NCBI GenBank assembly: GCA_964371945.1
Contig: CAYJPA010000011.1
Location: 12,391-76,390 of the forward strand
Reading direction: 5' to 3'
Length of the DNA: 64,000 nucleotides
Source of the DNA: an uncultured Sphaerobacteraceae bacterium
Lineage (GTDB): Bacteria; Chloroflexota; Chloroflexia; Thermomicrobiales; UBA6265
Shown: one piece after another, positions 31,437 to 41,169 of the stretch
How positions within the stretch are numbered: the stretch's first letter is position 1
Layout of the letters: each line of letters begins with the position of its first letter
Made by a program: the position numbers and the translations under genes
Notes under the pieces: model-generated
Databases searched by the model: none
Told to the model about the DNA's origin: nothing
The model's input: only the letters and a program-made list of their open reading frames with translations

Positions 31437-32009
31437 TTACTGAGTCGCGACCGGTTCCCGCTGTTCTTCGAGCCAGCGCTCAAGCTCGCCCAATCGCGCC
31501 TTTGTGCGATCGATGCGCAGGTTGTGCCGCTCGGCTCGCTTCCGCTCGCCCTCCAACCGGCGCTGTTCTCGTTCGGCCCGCTCCTCCGCTTTCTCGGCCT
31601 CCCGGCGTGCATGCTCTGCGGCAGAGAACGCCGCTATCACCTCGTCGTGAGATTGCCGGTAGACCTTCCCACCGAGCTGATTCATTGCCTCATCGAACGC
31701 TTCGGTGGCCTGTTCGCCGATTTCCGCCATCAATCCGGTTGTTCCGACTGTGATTCGTTCGGCAATCTCCACCGTCTCGTCCATCCCGTTCAGGCCATCG
31801 ACCATGCGGCCCACGACCCCAAGCGGCATGTCAAACGGTGGCATTCGGTCGGTGTAATCGCGCACTACCGCCTTTCCCGGCTTCGGGCGCTCAACCACGA
31901 CCGCAGAGTAAAGCGCTGGGAGTCCCACAATATCCAGCTGCTTGACGACACTGAGCGCCTGATAGGCTTTGCTCGGCTCGCTGAACGTCACGACTACGAT
32001 GTTTCTCAC
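31437..32009 (-). CDS. hypothetical protein with a small N-terminal alpha/beta domain and a charged coiled-coil tail
   Basis: 190 aa. The C-terminal EAEKAEERAEREQRRLEGERKRAE is coiled-coil-like. The N-terminus (VVVTFSEPSKAYQAL) resembles that of the 2204..2740 product. Confidence 0.55.
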   Translation of the reverse strand: MRNIVVVTFSEPSKAYQALSVVKQLDIVGLPALYSAVVVERPKPGKAVVRDYTDRMPPFDMPLGVVGRMVDGLNGMDETVEIAERITVGTTGLMAEIGEQATEAFDEAMNQLGGKVYRQSHDEVIAAFSAAEHARREAEKAEERAEREQRRLEGERKRAERHNLRIDRTKARLGELERWLEEQREPVATQ

Positions 32010-32153
32010 TGGACTTTCCTTTCTCTTGCCGGCACGTCGCCGGGTTTACCCGGCCGGCGGCGACGGCCGCCGCCGACCCCGATTTCCTGTTGTGCACCGC
32101 GAGTCCCGTCAATCGATGACCTGTCATTTGTCCGTACTCGCTCGTTCGTGCGC

Positions 32154-32720
32154 CTAGGCAGTTTGCGTAGGCAGGTGCCGGCCCCACCCATGGAGCTTGA
32201 AGCCGAGCGTGATCAGGAGGATGCCGAAGGCAACCGCGTAGATCCCGATCGTCCAGACCAACGCCACCGCGCCGGCGCCGGGGAAGACCATGACGAGTGT
32301 CCCGAAGGCAATCGAACCAATACCGGCGAGCGCGAGCAGCCACTCGTTGTCGATCAACTTGCGCAGTTCGATCGCCGTGGCGATTTCAAAGACGCCGGTC
32401 GCAACGGCATACGCCCCAATCACGTAGAGCAGCGTGAGCGCGGAGATATCCGGCCAGAGTGCCACCGCGACTCCTGCCCCGATGCTAAGCACACCCTGGA
32501 AGAGGAATCCCCACGGGCTGTCGCCTTTTCGCTTCGCCGACGGAATGGCGATCAGACTCGACACTCCGCTGACGAATGCGAATGCCCCGAACAGAATGAC
32601 CAGGGTGCCGACCGTGAGATCGGGCCAGACCCAGGCAATCACGCCGAAAACGATGGCAAAAACTCCTTCCAGTGCGAGTAACCACCACTTGCCGGTGATG
32701 GCCTTGGCAATGCTGTACAC
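32154..32720 (-). CDS. HdeD-family (DUF308) membrane protein
   Basis: Repeated W..L..G...I..G pattern typical of DUF308 (WWLLALEGVFAIVFGVIAWVWP, three further repeats). Confidence 0.8.
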   Translation of the reverse strand: MYSIAKAITGKWWLLALEGVFAIVFGVIAWVWPDLTVGTLVILFGAFAFVSGVSSLIAIPSAKRKGDSPWGFLFQGVLSIGAGVAVALWPDISALTLLYVIGAYAVATGVFEIATAIELRKLIDNEWLLALAGIGSIAFGTLVMVFPGAGAVALVWTIGIYAVAFGILLITLGFKLHGWGRHLPTQTA

Positions 32721-33016
32721 GGTTCTTCCTCCTTTGTTGTGTCGACCGAGCCAGTTGCTCTTCGATTACAGAGTGCTCCTGCAATCGAGCGCGCACACCG
32801 TGGAGGTCACCTGTTTGCAATCGGATCTTTCTCGGAACTGATGCGGGTAGGGTTACCCGCACGTGGAGGGTGGGCAAGGTGGTGCAGGCAAGATTGCCCA
32901 CGCGTTCAGCGATCGGAGCTGTGCTTGCGCAACTCGCTCGACCACAATAATGAAGAGAAGATGGACTCGGTGTCGGCGACTCCTGAACGGGCGAGCCGTC
33001 GGCGATCGGTCTTTGA

Positions 33017-35497
33017 TCAGGCCAGTCCGTGGCGCACGGCAAACGCGGCAGCGGCGGAGCGCGACTCCAATTGCAGCCTTGAGAGGATCTTGGAAACATG
33101 TCCGTTGACCGTGCGCGGGCTGACAAAGAGTGCTGCGGCGATCTCCCGGTCGCTTAGCCCTTGAGCAACCAAGCTCAGTACCTCGCGCTCACGCGCCGTC
33201 AATCCCAGAGCCATCACTGGCTCGATTAGCTCCGGCTCCTCGGGTGAGACAACTGGTTCCGGAACACTGAGCGCCTCAGCGACCGCCTCCTCCGTCGAAA
33301 GGGCCTCACCTTGCTCCCACGCGAGGGCAAAACTCTGCTTCGAGAGGGCCGAACGAGCCAATGCAACTCCCCGGCTTGGTCGAGGCTGTTGCCACCGTTG
33401 AAGATCTGTTCCGAGCCGCTCGTGTAGCGCGGCTGCCGCGCCATAGAGTCGCGCGGCCTGGTCAGCATGCCCCCCAGCCGCGGCAACGTCGGCGATCCCG
33501 GTCATCGCATCGGCAAGAAGGAAGAGGTCGAGATGCGCTTTCGCGAACTGCGCGCTCTCCCGATATGCGGCTAGAGCATTCACAATGTCGCCGCGATCGC
33601 AAGCAAGATCGCCAAGGATACGAAGCGTTGAAGCCTGAACCCATGTGAAGCCGAGCGCACGCTGTCGCTCGAGGGCTACCTCCAAATAAGTGGACGCCGC
33701 TTCGCCGTCACCGCGAGCGGCGGCGGCCTGACCCATCCAGGTCAAGGCGACGCTCTCGAGATGTGGCGCCGTCGGACTTGCGCCTGCAAGAGTCCGAAAC
33801 TGCATTAGCGCCTCCTGTAGGTGCATCGCCGTCTTCGGGTGATCTCCGCGCACTAAGTCGATTGCCCCAAGTTCCAAAAAGGCAAGACCCGCTGTTTCCG
33901 CATCCCGGCAAGACTGCGCGACGTTCAGCGCCTCGACCTGAAACTCGTACGCCGCGCCCACGTCGCACCGGTGGCGTGCCAGCCAACCTGCGGTATAGAG
34001 CGCTCCGGCACGAGCAACCGTTGACGCGGCATCTGTCCAACTGAGGACCCGTTGGGTTAATTGCCACCCTTCGCGTAGGTGGCCGCAAGCAACCCAGAAA
34101 TAGGCAAGCGCATGAACCAGACGAAGAGCGAACTGGCTCGAGTTTGCCGATTCCGCCCAAAGCAATGTCGCCCTAAAATTCTCGTACTCGGCATCGAAAC
34201 GCGTGAAAAAGGCATTTGCCGACGGACCAAAGAGGGACTCGCGACCGGACAACGCCAGCTCGAGCGCCCACTCAGCATGGGCAGCCCGGACCGCCTTTTC
34301 TTCGCCGCTGGCCGCAAGCATCTCGAGGCCAAACTCCCGCACCGTCTCCAGCATCCTGTAGCGGTACCCCGTCGTCACCTGGTCCCCGCCTTGCCGTAGC
34401 AGGCTCTTTTCGACCAACGAGAAGACGCCGTCAATGACCATCAACGGAACGACACGATGCTGGACCAAGTTTCGCCCGGGAGTGTTGTTTCCCTCCGCGA
34501 CCTCGTCGCGCGCTCCTGTCGTTCGTTCAACACTCTCAAGCACCGCCTCGGCTGCTTCTAACGTGAATCCGCCCTTGAAGACGCTCAACCGGCGGAAGAG
34601 AACCTGCTCTCCGAGCGTCAGCAAATCGTGGCTCCAGGCAACGGTCTCTCGCATCGTTCGCTGCCGCTCTGGAGCATCTCGCCGACCGCCGGCAAGCAGC
34701 GGAAGGGCAAGCTCCAGCCGTGCAAGCAACGCCTCGGGTGGCAGGGCAGGAACCCGGGCCGCTGCTAGCTCGATCGCCAACGGCAGCCCATCGAGGCGCC
34801 GGCAGATTTCAACGATCGTTGCCGCGTTCTCTGTTGAAAGGGTCAAACGCGGATCTGCTGCCTGAGCGCGCTCAACAAACAAACGCACCGCCGGCGCGGC
34901 CGCGATCTCTGCTATCGACGCTCTCTCTGGCGCAACCGGCAGCGTGAGCGGCAAAATCGGCACATCGTACTCGCCGGTCAGTCGCAACACCAAACGGCTC
35001 GTGGCCAAGACGCGTAGGCCCGAGCAGGCGTTGAGCAGCTCGCTGATCAGCGGCGCTGCGTCCGCCACCTGTTCCACACTGTCCAAAATCAGCAACAGAC
35101 GCATTTGCCGAAGGCGAGAAACGAGATGGTCGAGCAGTTGATCGTCACTGCCGTCGGTGATGTCGAAGGCTCGCGCGATGGTCGGTAACACCAGGACCGG
35201 ATCGTGCACTCCTTCGAGCGCCACGAAAACCAAGCCGTCAGGGAAATCACCCGTCACTTCGTCCGCGACGGCCAACGCCAGACGCGTCTTCCCCACCCCA
35301 CCGGGGCCGGTCAAGATCACGAGTGCGACGTTATCCCGTCGCAGCAACGCCACGATCGTCTCGATTTCGTGCTCGCGACCGATCAATCGGGTGCGTGGCC
35401 GTGGCAGGTGCGTGGCCCGCGAAGCCTTAGCGGTCATCTCAGATGAGATCGACACAAGGCGGAGCGGAGTTCGTTCGGCGGTTTGGTCATCCGCCAT
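33017..35497 (-). CDS. LuxR-family transcriptional regulator with N-terminal AAA/NB-ARC-like ATPase and TPR region
   Basis: Walker A GPGGVGKTRLA, long TPR-like middle, C-terminal LuxR HTH (LTAREREVLSLVAQGLSDREIAAALFVSPRTVNGHVSKIL). Start MADDQTAE at 35497. Confidence 0.85.
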   Translation of the reverse strand: MADDQTAERTPLRLVSISSEMTAKASRATHLPRPRTRLIGREHEIETIVALLRRDNVALVILTGPGGVGKTRLALAVADEVTGDFPDGLVFVALEGVHDPVLVLPTIARAFDITDGSDDQLLDHLVSRLRQMRLLLILDSVEQVADAAPLISELLNACSGLRVLATSRLVLRLTGEYDVPILPLTLPVAPERASIAEIAAAPAVRLFVERAQAADPRLTLSTENAATIVEICRRLDGLPLAIELAAARVPALPPEALLARLELALPLLAGGRRDAPERQRTMRETVAWSHDLLTLGEQVLFRRLSVFKGGFTLEAAEAVLESVERTTGARDEVAEGNNTPGRNLVQHRVVPLMVIDGVFSLVEKSLLRQGGDQVTTGYRYRMLETVREFGLEMLAASGEEKAVRAAHAEWALELALSGRESLFGPSANAFFTRFDAEYENFRATLLWAESANSSQFALRLVHALAYFWVACGHLREGWQLTQRVLSWTDAASTVARAGALYTAGWLARHRCDVGAAYEFQVEALNVAQSCRDAETAGLAFLELGAIDLVRGDHPKTAMHLQEALMQFRTLAGASPTAPHLESVALTWMGQAAAARGDGEAASTYLEVALERQRALGFTWVQASTLRILGDLACDRGDIVNALAAYRESAQFAKAHLDLFLLADAMTGIADVAAAGGHADQAARLYGAAAALHERLGTDLQRWQQPRPSRGVALARSALSKQSFALAWEQGEALSTEEAVAEALSVPEPVVSPEEPELIEPVMALGLTAREREVLSLVAQGLSDREIAAALFVSPRTVNGHVSKILSRLQLESRSAAAAFAVRHGLA

Positions 35498-35904
35498 CAA
35501 GGGTTCTCCCGCGAATCTGCGCTCCGACACACTAAGGCACAGATTGCCCATTGACGAACCGATTGCGAAGCGTGTGGCAGAGTTCCCTAATCTTAGCGGA
35601 GGTGCGCCCAACGTGCTCGACCGGAACCAAGGGTTGCCTGAACGGCAGTAACGCCTATCCGCCACCGCGGGCTCTTGACCGTCGCCTCATCGCTCACCTA
35701 TCGCGGACAAGGTCCTCATCAGTACTGGAGTACGTGAAGAATGGGGAGCCCTCGCCTCCGCCGTCAGCGAAGCCGGCGACTGCACCGAAGAGCCCATACC
35801 TCACGCGAACATCGTCATGATGTCGCGATGATCGGGCTGGTTGCGACGAACGACCTCGGACCCAACGGCAGTTCACTACCGGCCGATAGTGTTGGCTTGT
35901 GGAA

Positions 35905-36291
35905 TTACTGCAGTTGGGTAGTCCGGTCCGACTCCAGCCAGTTGACGGCCTCTTCGAACGAGGCAAACGAGCGCACTCGCATCCCGCGCGTCCGACTGAA
36001 ACGCGCGAAAAAATTGGCGCGATCGAAATCCTGCTCCGGCGGCAGTACCGCAATCTTGCGCCCGCGCATTACATCCAGATCCGCTAGGTGGTACGCCAGA
36101 TCCCACAGTTCCCCAACCGTCATCGCGCTCTCTGCCCGGCGCGCGTCAAAGATAACGTCGAAGTCGTCCAGCTCTTCACCTGCCGCGGCGACCTTCGCAA
36201 GGAGGCTTCTGCTGGTGCCAAGGTCAAGTTTGCCGTCGGCCATTGAGCGGACCACGTCATGACTGTGGACGATCCGTACATCGGTTGCCAT
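35905..36291 (-). CDS. hypothetical protein (128 aa), possibly STAS-like fold
   Basis: ATG 36291 preceded by GGGAGGTGGGG. The C-terminal SFEEAVNWL resembles receiver/STAS-type endings. The track start at 36435 is an alternative. Confidence 0.45.
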   Translation of the reverse strand: MATDVRIVHSHDVVRSMADGKLDLGTSRSLLAKVAAAGEELDDFDVIFDARRAESAMTVGELWDLAYHLADLDVMRGRKIAVLPPEQDFDRANFFARFSRTRGMRVRSFASFEEAVNWLESDRTTQLQ

Positions 36292-36569
36292 GCCCCACCT
36301 CCCCTCGGCCGCTTCGGTCAGCGTTTTCACCAGCACTTTGCTCGAGTATCCACCCAATGCTTCTGGTCGGTCGTTGGGTATCATGACGATGCCGGCCACA
36401 CGTCCGATCCGCGATCTCGCCGGTCGTACGTCCATCTCAATCCAGCCGGTTCACGGGGCCATTTGCCCCTTCCGATATAAGCACTGTGCCGTTTGCGTGG
36501 TGTTGTCCAGGACGCGCCGAATTCTATCTGGTTTTGCCGTCGTTGCCTGGAACGCGCGATATCTCCAGG

Positions 36570-37778
36570 TCAATCCTCCCTTGCCTTGCTGTCGCCTTTG
36601 AAGGTCATGATCGGATGCAACGTGTGCGCAACCTCAACCAGATCAGCTTGCCGGCCGATCACTGCCTCGATGTCTTTGTACGCGCCGGGCGCTTCGTCAA
36701 CGTAGCTCATCGACGGCCTTGAATACGTTCCCGCGAGCGACGCCGCGAATTCCGCGTGGGTGATCGCCGTTTGCGCTGCCTTGCGGCCCATCCGCCGACC
36801 CGCGCCGTGCGAGCAGGACTTCAAGCTTGCTTCATTCCCGATTCCGCGAACGATGTAGCTGGCCGAGCCCATAGAACCCGGAATGATGCCGAGCTGACCT
36901 TCATACGCGCTCGTCGCTCCCTTGCGATGCACCATCAGGAGGAGTCCACCGTGCTCTTCGATAGTGGCAAAGTTGTGGTGGATGTTGATGAACAGCCCCG
37001 CGGTCGCGTCAATGCCCGAAAAATCATCGGCAGTCAACTGCTTCAGCAACGCCTCATGCATCCGCGCGATCATCCGTTTGCGGCTCTCGAGCGCAAAGTC
37101 CGTCGCCCAGGTCATATCCTCCAGATAGTCCTGACCGGTTTCGTCATCGAGCGGCAATGACGCGAGGTCGTCGCCAGCTGCCAACGCTCGCTTCCGGCTG
37201 GTCTCGATCGCCAGCTTGTGGTAGTGACCGGCGATGCGCAGACCCGTGTGACGACTACCCGAATGCACCATCAACCAGATGCGCCCCTCCTCGTCGGATT
37301 GCGCTTCCAAGAAGTGGTTCCCGCCGCCGAGCGTGCCGAGCTGAACCGCGGCTTTGCCTTTCACAAGCTGCTGCAGCTCCCCGGCGCGCAACGGCCGGTC
37401 GAGCGCACCGAGCTCTTGCGGCCGCTTGTGCCAGCTAAACCCGGTGGGGATATCGCGGGCGATCTGTCCTGCCCACTGCCGCCAGAAGGTCCGGTCCATT
37501 CGCTCGCGGTCGTAATGTATGCCGGTATCAACTGCGCACATGCCGCAACCGATATCGACCCCGACCGCGTTCGGCAGCACCGAATCGATCGTCGGAAACA
37601 CGCAGCCGATCGTAATGCCAAACCCGACATGGCAATCGGGCATCACCGCGATCGCCGGTCCAACCTCAGGATGCTTCGCCGCATTCTGCAGCTGTTCCAT
37701 AGCGCCCGCTTCGATCTCCTCGACCGGCAACCACGTCCTGATCTCCGCATTGAATTCAGGCGATGTAATAGTGCGCAT
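36570..37778 (-). CDS. rtcB: RNA-splicing ligase RtcB
   Basis: PDCHVGFG, GVDIGCGM, GGGNHFLE, SGSRHTG, HRKGA, PGSMG, SCSHGAGR. The full set of RtcB metal- and GMP-binding motifs is present. Confidence 0.9.
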   Translation of the reverse strand: MRTITSPEFNAEIRTWLPVEEIEAGAMEQLQNAAKHPEVGPAIAVMPDCHVGFGITIGCVFPTIDSVLPNAVGVDIGCGMCAVDTGIHYDRERMDRTFWRQWAGQIARDIPTGFSWHKRPQELGALDRPLRAGELQQLVKGKAAVQLGTLGGGNHFLEAQSDEEGRIWLMVHSGSRHTGLRIAGHYHKLAIETSRKRALAAGDDLASLPLDDETGQDYLEDMTWATDFALESRKRMIARMHEALLKQLTADDFSGIDATAGLFINIHHNFATIEEHGGLLLMVHRKGATSAYEGQLGIIPGSMGSASYIVRGIGNEASLKSCSHGAGRRMGRKAAQTAITHAEFAASLAGTYSRPSMSYVDEAPGAYKDIEAVIGRQADLVEVAHTLHPIMTFKGDSKARED

Positions 37779-37917
37779 TGAGACACCTCGATCCTTATCA
37801 ACCACGCTTAACTCCTATGTCCGAGCGAGATCTACCTCGCGTGCACGCCTTTCTACAACGCGGTCGCGGTTCCATTTGTCAGATGAGTCGTCGCGAGGAG
37901 ATTAGACTGCGAGCCGG

Positions 37918-38097
37918 CTATCCGGCCGAAGGAGGAGCTGCGAGAAGGTGTGAGCGCCTGACATCCGAATTGTCTCGGCTGTTTCGTGTGAACAGCGTCA
38001 GGTCATGCTCGATAGCAGTGGCTGCCGTAAGGAGATCGAACGCTCTCGATCTTTCTTGCCGGCCGAGCCCGCGAGGAACGAGCAATAAGACGATTAC
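37918..38097 (-). pseudogene. N-terminally truncated PIN-domain (VapC-like) toxin remnant
   Basis: Frame without an ATG, directly after the antitoxin stop. It encodes RAFDLLTAATAIEHDLTLFTRNSRD, the conserved C-terminal D..IAATA...L.L.TRN..DF block of VapC. The roughly 80 N-terminal residues of a PIN domain are absent. Confidence 0.5.
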
Positions 38098-38360
38098 AGG
38101 CGTGGACGGCCGATGCTGTCTTGATCGCGTTCTTCTCTTATCTGCTCGAGAAATTCCTTGACATTAAACCCTTTAAGGCTTCCCGCTGCTGCTTGAAGCG
38201 CGGCTCGCTCGCGCACTGGATCGTAGTTGACGAAGAGAGCTTCATCCTCACGAGCTAGGCGGTATCGAACACCGGAGCGCAGCAGCGTCACCGGCGCGGA
38301 ATCCACGGCATCCAGAAGTTCATTCAGCTCGCTTGTTGGCTCCACCCTCAAGGTTCTCAT
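38094..38360 (-). CDS. putative type II antitoxin (VapB-like), now orphaned
   Basis: 88 aa, immediately upstream of the PIN remnant and overlapping it. No strong motif, so the call is contextual. Confidence 0.5.
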   Translation of the reverse strand: MRTLRVEPTSELNELLDAVDSAPVTLLRSGVRYRLAREDEALFVNYDPVRERAALQAAAGSLKGFNVKEFLEQIREERDQDSIGRPRL

Positions 38361-38543
38361 GTTTACTACACCTCCCGTTGTGAAAACCTTCGAAAGAGCA
38401 TATCAATTGCCAAAGGAGTTGGAGCTTGCTTGTCGTCGTTTCGTGGAATTGGACAGCGTCCATGCCGAACGGCAATCGTGTCCCGGTAAGTTTAGTCCCC
38501 GAAGATTGTGCCCAACCCAAAATCGTTAGTTTCGGTCCATATG

Positions 38544-38882
38544 TCAACGACGCGGGGTCGTGGCTGATGGATGTAATTTCTGGGCTTCCATATAATTCTT
38601 GAGGACGTCATTCATCTGTACTTGGTATCCGGATCCTTGTGATCTGAACCATTCGATCACGTCCGAATCCAGACGTACTGTGATTTTTTGCTTTGGCTGT
38701 GGGATTCCTGCTCGAAGTGTGCTTCGATCGAACTCGCCCTCTTCCTCGCGATCGATCGAGGCTTCAATTTCCTCGTCTGAGAGTGCGTCGAGCCGTGCAT
38801 AGTCAGTGAGGTCTCCGCCTCCGCGTCGAATCTCATCAATCTCTTCGGCTGTGTAGCGAACGATAGTCTCGCTTTTCAGCAT
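38544..38882 (-). CDS. brnA: BrnA antitoxin family protein
   Basis: Start MLKSETIV (ATG 38882). The C-terminal KITVRLDSDVIEWFRSQGSGYQVQMNDVLKNYMEA matches the BrnA/DUF4415 ribbon-helix-helix signature. Confidence 0.75.
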   Translation of the reverse strand: MLKSETIVRYTAEEIDEIRRGGGDLTDYARLDALSDEEIEASIDREEEGEFDRSTLRAGIPQPKQKITVRLDSDVIEWFRSQGSGYQVQMNDVLKNYMEAQKLHPSATTPRR

Positions 38883-39114
38883 CTCGTGCCCTCCTCGCAG
38901 AAATGAGCCTGATGTTACTACCACGCCAGGTCCAGATGACGGTGTACATTCGCCGATCAATTTCCCCGGTCGTAGCAAAACGCTCTTCTTCAGTGCGAAA
39001 ACTCTCAACTGTGACAACTGGTCGCCCATCGAACAGCGACGATACCAAAGCAAAATCAAGGTTGTGCTTTTCCAGGTTGCTCTTGCGCTTGGATTCGTCC
39101 CACTCGAACTGCAT
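38836..39114 (-). CDS. brnT: BrnT toxin (DUF497 ribonuclease toxin)
   Basis: MQFEWDESKRKSNLEKHNLDF and IRLISARRA motifs typical of BrnT. Overlaps the brnA start. Confidence 0.8.
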   Translation of the reverse strand: MQFEWDESKRKSNLEKHNLDFALVSSLFDGRPVVTVESFRTEEERFATTGEIDRRMYTVIWTWRGSNIRLISARRARDAEKRDYRSLHSRRD

Positions 39115-39385
39115 TTTGGAAGGATAGGGCTGATCGCATTCACTGTTCCAATTGAATGGCTCCTCATCGGATCTATCCTGCTGTCCCGCTTGTGCTCAAA
39201 CGACAAAATCTTGGTAGTGGGTCAGTTTCAAATTGGGTAGCGCTTGCTACGTCAAAACGCCAAGAATTGCATAGATTTTACTGGTTGGCTTCACGCGAGG
39301 CGATGTTTGATCAGGAGTCGGCGCGGTTTCCCCAACCGCGAAGTGGGAGCGCTCCCGTGTTTTGCTGTCACACATTCGGGGAGGA

Positions 39386-39997
39386 TTATGGCGCGATTCC
39401 GATGAGGACGAGAGGGACGGCCGGCACGCCGCGTCCCTGGCGGATGACGTTGTACAACTCGCGTTCGTAATATGCGATTCCAGACGACATCTCATTGGTC
39501 ATTTCCTTCATCGCCAATACCTCGACTCCAACGTCGATCTTGTCGCCAACGTAGAACGCCATGTGTTTCACAAACAGATCGAATGCCACAAAACTGTATT
39601 TGCCGAATTGAACCTCGACAGCAATTCGATCCTTCACAAAGTCCGTTTGGTTGAATGTTGAAATGGGCGTAAAGCCAGCTTCTTCGATTTCGCGCTTTTG
39701 CTCGCCCGCGGGAAGCGGAACAGTCTTGCGGATCAATCGCTCATCAGTCGTCACCCAATACGATGTCCTGGATTCATGCCAGCCTCGTTGTGAGAATTCC
39801 TCCTTGAATCGGATATTGAGGTGCTCCGGTGAGAAGAACATGCAACCAACTTTGCGTCGTTCCTCGTATACCTTCGTCCTAACTTCCTCGGCATCAATAA
39901 GGCCAATGACCTCTACGATGTCGGTCCAAACCTGCGGCCTGTGAACCTGAATATGCTCCCAACCATTGAGGTGGGAATACTGTTCGACGATCCGCAT
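39386..39997 (-). CDS. type II restriction endonuclease, BglII/BstYI-like
   Basis: TDFVKDRIAVEVQFGKYSF reproduces the BglII catalytic D-x8-E-x-Q block. The later SSGIAYYE resembles BglII SSLYYEQ. ATG lies 1 nt after the methylase stop. Confidence 0.7.
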   Translation of the reverse strand: MRIVEQYSHLNGWEHIQVHRPQVWTDIVEVIGLIDAEEVRTKVYEERRKVGCMFFSPEHLNIRFKEEFSQRGWHESRTSYWVTTDERLIRKTVPLPAGEQKREIEEAGFTPISTFNQTDFVKDRIAVEVQFGKYSFVAFDLFVKHMAFYVGDKIDVGVEVLAMKEMTNEMSSGIAYYERELYNVIRQGRGVPAVPLVLIGIAP

Positions 39998-39998
39998 G

Positions 39999-40868
39999 CT
40001 AGTGACCGCCGTTGCGTAGCTTTGGATCGTAGACGGGTTTGCCCATCGGCCGGGTCCGCAGGATTCCCGCTCTCAGCGCTCGCACGCGTTCCCAGGCGAC
40101 ATCGATATATTCCTGTTCGATGTCGCAACCGTGGCCGTTTCGCTCGTGCATAAGCGCAGCAATCACCGAGGTTCCGACGCCAACGTACGGATCGAAGACG
40201 CTATCGCCCTCATTGGTCAGCGAGAGCACAAGCCGTTCGATCAATTCGACGGGAAACTGGCAGGGGTGAATCGTCTTTTCGATGTGGTTGTTCTTGACGT
40301 TCGGGATGACCCATACATCGCTCGGATTCTTGCCAAGCGGATTGCCGGAAAGCTCACCGATCCGCGGTCCCTTGAAGTGCCGTTTGTTGGGGTACTTCGA
40401 GGGGACGCGTACGGGGTCGAGATTGAACGTGTAGTCTCGCGTCTTGGTAAACCACAAGATCGTCTCATAGCGCCCTGAGAATCGCTTCGACGCGTGTAGA
40501 CCATGCTCGAAGTGCCAGACGATCCGATTGCGAAGCATGAGTCCGTGGTCTTTGAACGTGTGATAGAGAACGATGTCGAGTGGAACAACCTCGCCGTCCG
40601 GTGCGATGTGATTGCCGACTTGCCAACAAATCGATCCTTGTGGATGTAGGAGCCGAACACACTCGGAAATCACCTGAGCCTGTGAGGCGAGATAGGTTTC
40701 GAGTGTTTTTCTCTTCTCGTAAGACTTCCCGATGTTGTATGGCGGCGAGGTGACGATGAGCTTCATGCTCTCCGAGGGAATGTCGCGCATATAGGCGAGA
40801 TTGTCCGCGCATTCGATGTGCGCTTTTGCGTTGCTCATCGTTGGGAAGATCGCGAGCTGCTGAGTCAC
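39999..40868 (-). CDS. site-specific DNA methyltransferase (beta-class, SPPY motif; N4-cytosine or N6-adenine)
   Basis: Motif IV LIVTSPPYNIG precedes motif I FDPYVGVGTS, which is the beta-class order. Partner of the BglII-like endonuclease. Confidence 0.9.
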   Translation of the reverse strand: MTQQLAIFPTMSNAKAHIECADNLAYMRDIPSESMKLIVTSPPYNIGKSYEKRKTLETYLASQAQVISECVRLLHPQGSICWQVGNHIAPDGEVVPLDIVLYHTFKDHGLMLRNRIVWHFEHGLHASKRFSGRYETILWFTKTRDYTFNLDPVRVPSKYPNKRHFKGPRIGELSGNPLGKNPSDVWVIPNVKNNHIEKTIHPCQFPVELIERLVLSLTNEGDSVFDPYVGVGTSVIAALMHERNGHGCDIEQEYIDVAWERVRALRAGILRTRPMGKPVYDPKLRNGGH

Positions 40869-40872
40869 CGCC

Positions 40873-41136
40873 TCACTCCTCAGATTGTGATTCCGCTGGT
40901 TTCTTCCACCGTGTGGCCGCGGCCTGCTGCGCGATCTCTTTTCGCCGCTCCGGCGTCAGCGCGTCCGCGCGCGCCTTGCCACCCTTTGCGCCGCCTAATC
41001 GACCGAGCGCAACAGCGGCGGGGTTCTTGCCCTCGTCTGGATCAGGACGCGGTTCCTCGTTCGTGGTTTCGCCCACGATGAACGCCGCGAGTTGGTTGAG
41101 GTCGTACGGCGCTTTGTTGCTTGAGCGTTTAGGCAT
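40873..41136 (-). CDS. small basic protein with GRLGGAKGGKARA motif
   Basis: 87 aa. NPAAVALGRLGGAKGGKARADALTPERRKEIAQQAAATRW recurs in small proteins of mobile elements. Stop lies 4 nt before the methylase start. Confidence 0.55.
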   Translation of the reverse strand: MPKRSSNKAPYDLNQLAAFIVGETTNEEPRPDPDEGKNPAAVALGRLGGAKGGKARADALTPERRKEIAQQAAATRWKKPAESQSEE

Positions 41137-41169
41137 GTCGCCAGTATGCCACGACTCCGTCGCTAGCGC

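Noticed and set aside
31100-31612. N-terminal extension of the PRC-barrel ORF (track start at 31612)
   Set aside because: A strong GAGGAGG ribosome-binding site precedes the internal ATG at 31099, and the domain pattern starts there. The upstream part is low-complexity, although its first third has coding-like third-position G+C, so some uncertainty remains.
31323-32681. 452-aa plus-strand ORF spanning 1.36 kb
   Set aside because: It is antisense to two well-formed minus-strand genes (31437..32009 and the HdeD gene). The translation is Arg/Pro-rich with no domain signature.
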